From Octopus sinensis (taxonomy: Eukaryota), in contig NC_042997.1 in assembly GCF_006345805.1 (NCBI RefSeq), forward strand, positions 128,712,001 to 128,776,000: 64,000 nt of DNA, read 5' to 3'. A program made the position numbers and the translations under genes. The notes under the pieces were generated by a model. That model was not told the DNA's origin. It saw only the letters and a program-made list of their open reading frames with translations, and did no database searches. Positions 52,086 through 64,000 of the stretch are shown here, in pieces. Each line of letters begins with the position of its first letter. Position 1 is the stretch's first letter.

Positions 52086-53104
52086 GTACATTCCTCACTG
52101 TGTCCCTGGGAAGATGCATACATTCCTCTCTGTGTCCTGGGGAAGATCCTCAAGCACTTTCCTCATCTTGCCCATCAGCTCTACATTGTTGTTGCATGCA
52201 GAACAGTTGGTGTCATTCTAAACTACACCACTCTCTTTGAAATCCATGAGATTACAATTGCAGGAATAAGGAGGCCAGAAATTAGGGCTGGTGAAATTGT
52301 AGAATTTCTCTGACATTCACTTCTGACACCTTTCCAAAGTATGGCAAGGAGCCAAATCCTATTGCCACACATATAGCCTTCCAGCAGCAGCCCACTCCAG
52401 CCAGGGATTGGCCACAGTCACCAGCAGCTTCACATAGCCCTATGAAATGAGCTAAGGGTATGTTCAAAGATTGGTGTGACATAATGTCACATTCAATGGA
52501 TATACACTTGAAGACCATCACAATTTGGGGGAACTTAGTTTTCATGATTTATAGGACATCACATGGATTGTAGGCAAGCCATCTGTTCTTCTGGGTGTTG
52601 TGCAACTGATCCCAGCAGTTTTTTCTCATCTTAGAAGAACCAGGTCATTTCCAGCTCAGCAGGATGCCTCAGTTTGTTCCGGAACTTTGTCAAGTGCTCC
52701 TCCTTGTTCTTTGCTGTCAGAATTTGTCCCTGAACACTCTTGTATGTGTGGTAATGAAAGTCCCCATTCAGGGCTAGCTTCATGGTGGTGACCCCAACAC
52801 CCATCTCTTGCCACAGCCCAGATTCTCTTGCTCAGATTTTCCATCACCTTGATAGAATTCTGATGTGCAGACACAGAACGCCTGCTGTGTTCCTTCATAG
52901 TCTCCATTGCAACTATCCTTGTCATGTTTTACAGCCTTTACAATGTATCATAATACAGTTAATTCTTCTATTCTTTAGATGGCTTCACATCAGTTACTTT
53001 TTCTCAACTACAACTATTATCATTATGCTCTTCAATACCAATACATCAAGCTGTTCTTGAAAGAAGGAGACATAAAAACCTTTAAATTTAGCCTGAACAA
53101 CATG
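52085..53104 (-). mobile_element. maT (DD37D) transposon relic
   Basis: RC gives NGDYEGT, WFF*DEK (D1), RWLAYNP, KTKFPQIVMVF, YVWQ*DLAPCH (D2) and FWPPYSCNCNLMD (D3), with 37 residues between D2 and D3; TIR-like end plus TA at 53104-53106. Confidence 0.85.
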
Positions 53105-53675
53105 TATATACGTATGTGTGTGTGTGTTTTTTTGGGGGGGGGGGTCATATGCAGCAGAAGCCATATTAGATTAATATAAACATATGTGCATCATACCTAA
53201 TGCAAATACATTGTCAAAAGGCAAATTGACTGTAGTATTTCTCCAGAGATAATATCTGTTGTGGATATACTGTGTTCAAAAACACAAATATATTAGTAGC
53301 AGACAAAAATAGCCAGCAGCTTTGAGAAGAATGCTAGCTGTGTATTTCTACTTCATTGGTATACGTGTGTGCTCTTAAACACAGTATGTCGATAAGAGAT
53401 ATTATCTCTGGGTGAACACCACAGTTAATTTGCCATTTTGTGACATGATGATACATACATACATACATATATATATTTCACTTAGGCATTGCAAGACTAA
53501 TAACCTAGTATAGAACTCGATATACATATGTTTCAGAACAAAGTGTTAGATGAGTATAGAGCAGTAATAGGAAAGAGATGACACAAGAAAAACAATGGTT
53601 ATGTTATGAACTTCATTAGCTAATGAAGTTTATAACATAACCATTGTTTTTCTTGTATCATCTCTTTTTCTCATA

Positions 53676-54057
53676 TTCTTTCTTTTATTCTTTTACTTAT
53701 TTCAGTCATTTGACTGCAGTGAAGCTGGAGCACCACCTTAAAGGGCTTTAGTCAAAGAAATTGTCCCCAGGACTTATTCTATGTAGGCCTAGCACTTATT
53801 CTATTGGTCTCTTTTGCCAAACTGCTAAGTGACAAGGACATAAACACACCGGCATCAGTTGTCAAGTGATGGTGGGGGGGACAAGCACATGCACGCACTC
53901 AAACATATACGACGGGCTTCTTTCAGTTTCCATCTACCAAATCCACTCACAAGGCTTTGGTCGGCCCAAGGCTATGATAGAAGATACTTGCCCAAGGTAC
54001 CATGTAGTGGAACTGACCCTTGATCCATGTGGTTGGGAAGCAAGCTTCTTACCACAC
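53676..54057 (-). mobile_element. Full-length tRNA-derived SINE (family A)
   Basis: tRNA-like head at the right end, central (CA)-rich part, tail RC ggtgctccagc...cagtcaaatgactgaaataagtaaaagaata. Confidence 0.85.
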
Positions 54058-54839
54058 TATAGTCATTGGAGGCAAAAGAGAGCAACTCTAATGTTGTTTG
54101 TAGAGTGTCACAGACTGTTGAGATTGATGCAGCTGGTATTTAGCTTCAATATCTGCCTGTGGAAGAACCATGGCTAGGAAGAGAATTCCAGGGGAATTGC
54201 AGTTCTGATTAAATATGTGATAGAGTGTTTAGGATAGGACACAGTAAAGATAATGTGAGGAAAAGAAGAGATAGATGTGTTCAGTCACCAGCCTGAGGAA
54301 ATTATGCAGTCACTGGTTTAAATGAGCAAAGACTGTTATAATAGTAGCAGAAGAAAGAGGGAGGAAATAGCATATTAGTGAGCCAATAGTTGAAGTGTGT
54401 TGCTGTGTCTTTAGCAATCTTCAGTGAATGGCTTTCTTGTAGATTGTATTTTGTCATTGTGTCCATTCATAGCCAAGACACTTAACATTTGCTAGCTAAG
54501 CAAATTTAGTTATCATTAGATTCCAAACATAGCTACCATTCATCAATGTAAGCAGCACAAGTATCATGAAATTAATGAATGTTTTGTTAGTTTTCTGTGC
54601 CAGTCTCAAGAGTTCTTATGTCTGGAGAAGGCTGCTGGAAACCATGGAAGTATCACTACCACCACCTTATGAGATCTTGAAATCATCATCTTTAAGACTT
54701 ATATTTTCTCATAAGATTTTCAACAGTATAATGTGGAAGAAGTAAACAGCACCAGAAGAGATTGAATGTTGATGGGTGTATATGCTTCAGAAATAGCAAA
54801 ATGGTCAGGAAGCTGGAAATAGCAGAGAAAGGACAGTAT

Positions 54840-55400
54840 GAAGTAATATCACTGATCACTGAAGTGTGTTCAAATTATAGAAAAGGTAGACAGAAAATAC
54901 AGCATACCGGTTGGCCAGAGAGGCTGAAGTATGTTTGTGACTTTACGCTAATCATCCAGGTGATATTTTTCTGAATGTAGCATAGAGTGTCTGAGTGTGC
55001 TGCAGCAGAACCATCCTAGATGTGAGAGCTATACTCTAATATGGGCCTTACTTGAGTTTTGTAGAGGAGACTGTTTGGTTGGAAGCTGAAGTATCTTTTG
55101 GCTTTGATAGAAAGACCCAATCATTAGTATGTGATCTTAGATATGTTAAGCATGAGCTTTTGTCAGAGAAGATCCTCAGAGGTTGTGGGGTCCAATACTT
55201 GGAGCATTTGTGAAGATTCTGGTTCATTATGCTCCTTATTTAAGGAGATATGGTGTAACGATGAGTAGTGCTTATGTTCTCTTGCTGTTGAAAGAGACAA
55301 TATCGTCATCTCCACTTTGGAGGATGCTTTCAACACCATGTAGAGATTACTGTTGTATCATGACTTATGTGGGCAGAAATGTATGTTGACATCACAATGT
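54840..55400 (-). mobile_element. CR1/L2-type LINE 3' ORF fragment
   Basis: RC translation LYKTQVRPILEYSSHI*DGS...IQKK is a typical CR1/L2 post-RT motif. Confidence 0.7.
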
Positions 55401-55599
55401 AAGTCAAATATGAACAGCTTGAACAATGTGTAATATTTGAAGTTATTCCACACTTTATTCAGTTTTTAATGAAGAAAAATGTTATTCTTAAATCAAATTT
55501 GACTTTATGGTGACAATGAAGGAGGTAAATGTATGAATGTATTTTCTACTGAGTATTGCGACTAGGAAAAATTGTGAAAATAATGTGATCGTCTGACAT

Positions 55600-55785
55600 T
55601 GTGGTTACTCTACCTCTAAGAATTAACAACCAAATCACATTGCTGTCTTAAAAAGAGAAAAACAGTATCCAAGAGAATGTAGTTATGGAATAACTTCACC
55701 TAAAACAAGACAAAATTATCAGAGCTTGGATACATTAGCTAATGAATTTGCTTGATCAGAGCTGACCTGGGGTTAAACAACTACT
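55600..55785 (+). repeat. Family C repeat
   Basis: ccaaatcacattgctgtcttaaaaag...gatcagagctgacctggggttaaacaac. Confidence 0.6.
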
Positions 55786-55959
55786 GCCAGAAATGAAACC
55801 ATGAGTAAACAAGCAGAGAAGAGAGTTCAGAGAATGACTATTTAAACATAGTCCAATGTGTCACCTCTTACAACAGGAACCAGTCTAGAAATCCTCATCC
55901 TCATTATATTATCAGTTATGATTATAACTTTTTAATGTAAGTTTCCCACTATTTGCATC

Positions 55960-57150
55960 AATTTGACTGGTCTATTATATGAATGTATTATCACCATCCT
56001 TTTGTCTTTCATTATTTCATCTTCGAGGTGCAGCATCTTCCTTGGTTTTCTCTTATACCAGCAGTTCTCAAAATTCATTTGTGACATGTCCATACCCATT
56101 CCGCTATTTCTCCTCCATATTTAATATTGATACATTTAATACCCATCCACTCCCTCTGCTCATTTATTCTCAACCTCTCCTGCAAGCTAATACTGTCTAT
56201 GCAATATATCATACCCAAGTGGTTAGTCTCCAGCCTCTACAGATCTTCTATGTTCAGTGACCAATGTTGCACAACCAAGTAGCTTAGACTTTGTATAGAA
56301 GATTATGTCATATCTTCACCAAAGCTTTAAGTACAGAGAACAACTCTTTCTTTTTTGCTGACTTTCTGCTAATAAATCTCGCCCAATTAACTAATCTGTT
56401 AATGGATGTCTCAAAGTATTAATCACAACACAGAATTGGCAGAACCAATGGGACTCTCTGCTACACTATATGTAATTAGCAAACTTTTCTCATAATAATT
56501 TATCAATTGTCATATTTCTCTCTGCTCTCATTCTCTCAGTCTTTCTTCCTCTTTCTCTCTCTCTCTCTCTCTCTCCCTCTCTCTCTTCCCCCCATTCCTT
56601 TCACCTCTGTCAGAATATGTGTAAGTGTTAGTGTGTGTACATATGTGTGTGAGAAGGAAAGAGAGATTGGTGAGTTAGTCATCATTGGATGTCTCTCAGG
56701 ATTGTCAGACAATAGTTTATAACAATCTTCAATCAATATGTCTAAATAATAAGAAGCATTTTCTTGTAACCAAGGAAACTGATGCTGTGCTTGACTCATA
56801 CGGCACTGATATTAGGATCCAGGAAATATGGACACTATCTATTTCATTGGTTCATTCTCTTTTCAGCAAATATATCTAAAATAAGAAAAGCTACACGAGT
56901 TTCCATTGATCCAGACAGACTATGATAATGTCACATTTTGAAACACTGCAGTTATTTATACCTCACCCAGATTTTGTTGCAGCCTTCTTGCAGCTGTGTG
57001 TTACATACAATATTTTTCAGTTATCAATCAATCTCACTTAAACTGGATTCAGTATACTCATAAATTTACTATTTTTTGATCCACCACAAACAAAATGTTC
57101 TAATTTTAGCCTTCAAGTTTATTACAAATTAGCCTTTTGATTTTTTAAGA
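55960..57150 (+). mobile_element. Possible very decayed CR1-like EN/RT segment
   Basis: Weak motif traces only (VH.LFSK, PQ...IN.L spacing). Confidence 0.3.
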
Positions 57151-57351
57151 TAAATATCCATGGTTGATGTATAAATATTTTCATTGGATTAAAATGCAAG
57201 TGTAATGGACAGTACAAAAGATATTTCTTAAAATAGAATATAACAGTTGCTATATGTTTGTTTAAATAACTCATAGCTTTGGCTGACCTATCTAAAGTAA
57301 TAAATACAAATCATATTCATGTTCAGATAGTACCCAGATTTTTTTTGTATG

Positions 57352-57566
57352 CTCTTTACTCTTTTACTTGTTTTAGTCATTTGACTGTGGCCATGCTGGA
57401 GCACCGCCTTTAGTCGAACAAATTGACCCCAGGACTTATTCTTTGTAAGCCTAGTACTTATTCTATCGGTCTTTTTTGCCGAACCAGTAAGTTACGGGGA
57501 CGTAAACACACCAGCATCAGTTGTCAAGCAATGTTGGAGGGACAAACATATACACACACGTACATA

Positions 57567-57601
<35 letters not shown>

Positions 57602-57762
57602 GCATACATATATACAACGGGCTTCTTTCAGTTTCTGTCTACCAAATCCACTCACAAGGCTTTGGTCGGCCTGAGGCTATAGTAGGAGACGCTTGCCCAA
57701 GGTGCCACGCAGTGGGACTGAACCCGGAACCATGTGGTTGGTAAGCAAGCTACTTACCACAC
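57352..57762 (-). mobile_element. Young full-length tRNA-derived SINE (family A)
   Basis: RC head gtgtggtaagtagcttgc...ggttccgggttcagtcc (A/B-box-like), CpGs retained, internal (TA/CA)n, same tail as 53676-54057. Confidence 0.9.
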
Positions 57763-57794
57763 TCCTATAATACTATAGTTTCCTGTAGTATGGC

Positions 57795-58070
57795 ATGACT
57801 GTGAATAAGAATCTTGCTTTGCAATCACATGATTTTTGGTTCAGTCCCACTGGGCAGTACCATGGGCAAGTGTTTTCTACTATAGCCCCACTATATGTTT
57901 TATAAGTGAATTTGGTACATGGAAACTGTGAAGAAGCCCATTATGTAAGTGCATGACTTTGTGCTTATGTTTGTTCGGCCCCTCCCAGTTTGACAACTAG
58001 TTGGTTAGTTTATGTTCCTGTAACAGAGCATTTCAGCAAAAAAAGATCCATAGAATAGGTAACATACTTT
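57795..58070 (+). mobile_element. Old SINE family A copy, head-to-head with the previous one
   Basis: ggttcagtcccactg...gggcaagtgttttctactatagccc...gacaact...atagaata. Confidence 0.7.
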
Positions 58071-58084
58071 GAAAAATATATACA

Positions 58085-58235
58085 GACTCTTGGAGTGGTT
58101 GGTGGTAGGAAGGGCATCCAGCTGTAGAAACATTGCCAGATCAGATTGGAACCTGGTGCAGCTGCTGGCTCTCCAGACCTCAGTCAAACTATCCAACCCA
58201 TGCCAGCATGGAAAACAGACATTAAACGACAATGA
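58085..58235 (+). mobile_element. Family D 3' end
   Basis: ggaagggcatccagctgtagaaac...cccatgccagcatggaaaacagacattaaacgac. Confidence 0.75.
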
Positions 58236-60785
58236 TTTGTTTCAGTGTGCTGCCCCAGCATAGCCACAGTCCAGTGACTGAAACAAGTAATAAAAGATAG
58301 CAGATTTGTTTAAAACTAAATTATTAATTGGAGGGACAATGGCTTGGCAGAATTAGATTGAAATCTTCGCTGTATTTGACTGCATCCTTTTATGTTCTCA
58401 TTCAAATATCAGTCAAGAACCATTCTCTGTTCAATTTTTAAAATTTTACTTTTAACTGTTGTTGCTCTAATTTGGCATAAATGTGTGTGTGTGTGTTTTT
58501 GAGCTTTTCAGTGCTGCAAAACACTGTTTCCTAAATAGCAATCATTAACATACACGATAAAGGTATGTTGAACTCTGTCAAGAAAAGGTAAACTGAGTTT
58601 GTAACCTAGTTTCAATTCTGCCACGGCACCATTCCAACGTAGTTATGCTATTTACTTTCTCTTTGCAATGTATAAATATCAAAACATTTCTTCTTATTTT
58701 CTGTAATCAATAGAACCAGTCACCCTTTGATGGATTCTCTGAACTATTGATTCTGTTCATCACTCTTGTGAGGAATGAATAAGTATTGATTGACATGGCA
58801 TTTAATTCCTGAAGTAGTAAACAATTGGTCAGCTTTGAGGTTTTTTTTAGATAAAAAGAATAGATACTAAAAAGTCAACTGGTTGTATCAGAAGAGGCAA
58901 CAATAAAAATAGTAATAAAAATAAAAACTACAAAAGTAGAGTACAAAGATATAGCTTACATCAAATTTTCCATCAAATTTCTATTTGTTTCATTTTTCTA
59001 ACTGCCCAGCTATCTTGAAACACTTCTTCACGTTATCAAAATGTCAGAGTGTAAAGAACAATGTTAGAAAACAAAAAAAATGAAAAAGAACTACTACCAT
59101 AGAAATAAAACCTCATTTCATTTTAGAAGGGCATAAAAAGTCTATTGTCCTTTATTACCATTATGTATCTTAGTAGAATAATTGTTCCATAGTGCTGGTT
59201 ATTTATTTATTCCTGTCTATCTAGTGTAAGGAAGTCGTTGGATGGCGAGGGTGGTAAGGAGGTTATATGCTGGTTTGTGGGGGCGGGTAAGAGGGATATG
59301 TAATGATGGTGGTGATGATGGGGATTTGGTGATGGTGGTGGGGGTAATGTAATGATTAATTGAACTTCGATCTCAGTTGATGGTATAACATTATTTTTTA
59401 TAGATCAGATATTGTGGTAAGAGGAAGTGGGTTATATTCTATCCTAACGATACACAGACAGATGAACACACACACACACACACTTGTATAATAGTGTAAT
59501 TCTTCAGCTATATTGCTCTAATAATGAGAAAAAGAGGAAAGCTATAGTTGTATATGGCCACCCAGTTCATTTAGCCATACAACACCCCACATTCCCCCAC
59601 TTGACTACACACACAGCCAACATAATAACCAAATCATAAAGACAAATGAAATTTCTTTGAACTTTGACCAACATATTTCATTAAAAGAAAGAAATTCTGC
59701 CACTATTTTATCAGGTTCATTATATATCGTCCCAGCCCTAGTTAGGCCAGCAACTTCTTTGCCACAAACCTTAACACATAAATATACCATAACCAACAAA
59801 AACAATACTCTTCATATCAGAACAGGCAACATACATCCTCTTTTACATTGATAAGCTACACACTGAAGTATAAATACTTACACTCAGACTCTTTTAGTTA
59901 TTTGGCTTGATGCTTTATTTCACTGGTTAAAGATTATTTTCAATAAATTAATATATATAGTGAGAGAGAGAGTGAGACGCTAGAACACATCTGGAGTCTA
60001 TATATTAGATTCTACAGTCTAAAAGTTTACATACATTACCTGTCTGGAGTCAGTGAAGAAGACACTATGTAGCCATTTGATTTGCTAGACTTCTCTCATA
60101 TTACAGCCTCCTCCTTTGTGTCATTAAGCCAACAAATGACCCCTGATGATTTCTTTAACATGTGCTTGCCATGGGAATCAGTTTGGGACTGTTCTCAGCA
60201 AGTGGTGTACATACTGGTTGTCCATCTTGACACATGGATAATGTAGTCTGATATGCAAAAATTCAGAAGGGAATGTCATGGCTAGAATACTTGACTGATG
60301 ATGTGTAGCTATAATGGTCAATATATATGACTGGTCATATGGAACTCTTAACAGTCAAATTGTGGTGAAAAGGTCTGCATAAATAAAAGTCACCTACCTA
60401 CTATAAAACAAGCCAGTAACACTTAATATCCTGCTGATACTGAGGTAGTCCAGAAACATTAATATTGAATTTAGGAATCTTATTGTTGCCTACTGCAAGG
60501 GCTTATACGGAAATATTAAAATAGAGGATAAAAAAAAGATAAAATTGTCACATAATCATTTTGCTTGTTTGTTTTCTGCTTTTATTTTTACATGTTTGCA
60601 TGGGATTGGTGAATATTTTATTTGAAGCATTGTTTTAGTCAGATGCCTTTTCTGATACTAGCCTTTACCTGTTTTTTATGTAAGGGATCACTTATTCCAC
60701 ATAGCTTTCAAGGTACATAGTGCCCAGGTGATTTGTTGACAGGTGAAACTAACAAAGAATCCAGCTGCTACACTTTTGAACAAGC

Positions 60786-60956
60786 AATTGTTGATTAGAC
60801 CAACCCCAGTGCATAACTGGTACTTATTTAATCAACCCTGAAAGGATGAAAGGTAAAGTCGACTTCGGCAGACTTTGAACTCAGAACATTGCGGCAGGCG
60901 AAATACTGCTAAGCATTTCACCCGGTGTGCTAATTATACTGCCAGCTCCCTGCCTT
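60786..60956 (-). mobile_element. SINE family B
   Basis: ccccagtgcataactggtacttatt...aaaggatgaaagg...tttgaactcag...gccagctccctgcc. Confidence 0.8.
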
Positions 60957-60989
60957 AAGTAATAATAATAATATTAATACTAATAATAA

Positions 60990-61500
60990 TAAATGCCCTG
61001 ATGCAGTACCATGTACATTGTTTTGTCTTGGTATAAATGATGGGCTACAGCAAATATTCTGCTAATACCACAGATTTGCTTGTCAATTGTTTGGCCTTAA
61101 CCAGTTGAACATGTCCCTTAGTGGCAGACAATATGTGCATCTCTGATCACGAGCAGAAGTAGTGGGGGAGCATCATAGCCATGTGTTGAGAGGGATTCTT
61201 TGGGGTTTGAATAATTCACCTCTGGAAACATGGGTGTTTCGTTCAACATCCTTAGACAACCCATATTCAGGGACCTTTTGAGCGGGATGGGTTACTCGAC
61301 AAGAAGAAAATTCTAACTGGGCCCCCACCTGCAAGGTCATGTGCTGTTTATTTTGATATGAGGTTACTATGTCGTACACATATGGTTGTGACACATGTGC
61401 CTGGTGTACCCTTCTCAAACGGGTAGTCATGATGGGTATACTGAGCTTCATATATTTTACCCTATTGTCACTTTGATGACAAGCACTGTTCTCTCACTCA
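60990..61500. repeat. Interspersed repeat of unknown class
   Basis: GC-richer island bounded by (TAA)n/A tracts. I recall it as a recurrent octopus repeat, but only one copy is present here. Confidence 0.4.
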
Positions 61501-61570
61501 ATAAAAAAAATAATAATAACAATGTATACATATATATGTATATTTATAAATATATATGTGTGTGTGTGTG

Positions 61571-62060
61571 TATCATCATCATTGTTTTTAACGTCCGCTT
61601 TCCATGCTGTCATGGGTTGGACAGTTTGATTGAGGACTGGCAAACCAAAAGGCTGCACTAGGCTCCAGTGTGATCTGGCAAGGTTTCTACAGCTGGATGC
61701 CCTTCCTAATGCCAACCACTCCAAGACTGTAGTGGGTGCTTTTTACGTGCCACCACCGAGGGTCAGTCAGGCAGTACTGGCATTGACCACACTTGAATAG
61801 TGCTTTTTATGTGCCACCAGAACAGGAGCCAGTCAGGCAGCACTGGCAACTACCACGCTCAAATGGTACTTTTTATGCACCACCGGCATGGGACCAGTCA
61901 GGCAGCACTGGCATCGACCACATTCATATGGTGCATTTTACATGTTACCGGCACAGGAGCCAATCCAGTGAGACTGGCATCAACAATGCTCGAATGGTGC
62001 TTTTTACATGACACCGGCACTGATGTCTGTCAGGCACTACTGGTATCAGCCACACCAATG
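61571..62060 (-). mobile_element. Family D 3' end with a 5 x ~65-bp minisatellite
   Basis: Tail motif plus units starting at 61736, 61800, 61866, 61931 and 61997. Confidence 0.85.
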
Positions 62061-62339
62061 ATTGTAAAATACACACACACTCACACATTACTTGTTTCTA
62101 TCTATCAGGTCCATATATATATGTGTGTGTGTGTGTGTGAACCAGTGATTGGCCTATTAGAAATCTATAACAAATATGACTATTCTTCACAAATGCTTGT
62201 TATAAATAAAGAAAATATGTAAATAACAATGAAAAACCATAAACACTTCAATGATCCTCTCATTTTATCCTCATGCTGGACTGTTGGATCAATAACAAAA
62301 GACGACTGTACTTATTTTATGAACCAGAGTGGTGCCAGT

Positions 62340-62492
62340 CTCCTTGAAATCATACCCTACCATCTTAGAAAAAGGACGCATTAAACTATGTAGTCTAGAT
62401 ATACAAAATGATTATTGAATAGTCATGGGTGGAATGCCTTTGATCATAGATTTGCTCAATTAGTGCTGACCTGGTGCTAAACAACAACAACT
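62340..62492 (+). repeat. Family C repeat
   Basis: tgaaatcataccctac...ggaatgcctttgatcatag...gacctggtgctaaacaacaacaac. Confidence 0.7.
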
Positions 62493-64000
62493 GATGCAGA
62501 GGTGTCAGTATTATCATATAAATATCAGATACCTCCCTTTCTCCCACTTTTCTTAGAGTTGTATAAGCAAGATGTAGACAAGACATCAGTAGTTGAATGA
62601 CAAAGCTAAATCAATAAATTCATTTGGTACAGTTGATTTCTTAAGAAATCTCTATCTTACCATGTTGTCATTTAACTGAATAGGTTTAACAACACAGCTT
62701 GTTCACATATTCTCTTTATAACTATCGCAACCAGTTAATGTTTCAAGAGTAGAATGCAGCTATATTTTAACAGGATTTTTCTCACTTTATGACCAATAAA
62801 ATTCATTAGTTTCTCAGTGAGTTCTATATTTGCATATATGATAGGTCATTATTTCCTCATTTTCTCCTTCTCCAAGCTAATTTAAGCAAGTCTATTGCTT
62901 TGAGCTATTTTTGTTTATTATATACAGTAAACTTCACTCATAATTGTTTCATAGAAGGATGATGGTATCTCTTTACTAAAGAGATCATTTTTTCCGTCTA
63001 TTATTGTGGTTTCAATTTTTATGAGACTTTTTTGTTTCATTCTGCAAATTGTGTCAGTGTTAGATTTTTATTTTAATCTAGGGGTTATTGAGTTGCTGAG
63101 TCATGTGACAATGAAACATCTTTCTCATAATAAAATTTATATTTTGGTACTAGCCTGTATAAGGAGATAGAGATAAAGGACTGCCAAGGTACTGAGTTAC
63201 TGAAGTATCGAGGTACTGCCCTACCAAGGTACTGAGCTACTGAGGTAATTAGTAATGCAAGTAATGAAGTATATGCACATACTTAAAATAATGCATTTGT
63301 AGCAAATCACTTATAATAATATGTATAACTATACTTTTGGTGTATTAACAATACAAACTCACATTCACAAATTTGATCAGCAGCTTATTTAAGGATCAAT
63401 CAATGACATGCCTCTGTGTTCACAACAGCTCTATTTCAGTTAATTTGCTAGTGATTCTGGCAAACTTCAGTGACATTCCTTTACAGTGATATTCTTTTAA
63501 AAGGGTTTGCCACTAAACTGCATTTCATGGAAATGATATGCTGTTCAAACTATCTTCTGTTGAATGAAAATTGTTTGCCAATAACAGATTCAAGCCATAC
63601 GTGTTCCGGATTGAACATTGCTTACTACTGTGATGATGGAAGTCAAAATTATTCGAGAAATAAAGAAAAAAAAAGCAATGAACTATTCTAAGCAAATGAC
63701 ATTATAAAAGAAAGAGTCAATTTACTCCTTTCTCTTCTCGTTTTAAATGAAGTCACTTCACCATACACTGAGTTGTTTATGTGTTACCAAACCATTAGCC
63801 AGGAGCAAGCTGATTCACTTCACCTTCTTTCTTTTTCCTTCAAACTACCACATGAACTAACTGTACCACAAGAGCCATCATAACCTTTAATTCTCTACCA
63901 CAGATCTCTCTTATCAGCTTGTCTAAACTATTGGGCATGTTTTAAGCTGAACGAACAGCCCCCATAAAAAGATTGTTTATTTTCTCTCTCATTTTTAACA

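Noticed and set aside
61736-62060. CRISPR-like periodicity
   Set aside because: Eukaryotic context, whole units are homologous with no unique spacers, and there are no cas genes; it is a minisatellite within a LINE 3' UTR.

Overview
AT-rich, microsatellite-dense, CpG-poor animal DNA. The repeat families resemble those I recall from Octopus, so the source is probably a cephalopod (inference). Only one host coding exon is supportable: a 133-bp LDL-receptor class B (YWTD-type, FWSD) exon at 3525-3657 (+). No further exon of that gene was found, so most of the window is probably one large intron or intergenic DNA. The rest is a transposon graveyard. DNA elements: a deleted DD34D mariner, two oppositely oriented DD34E Tc1 copies, a DD37D maT relic and a piggyBac-type MITE. 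Retroelements: RTE and CR1/L2-type LINE fragments, a nest of Penelope-like GIY-YIG fragments, two tRNA-type SINE families and a (CAA)n-tailed repeat. The best novelty candidates are a near-complete U6 snRNA copy fused to a retroposon 3' tail with a compensated stem-loop (51366-51518), and two long fold-back palindromes (25994-26257, 36694-36881). Boundaries of decayed repeats are approximate; alignments and counts were done by eye and no database searches were run.
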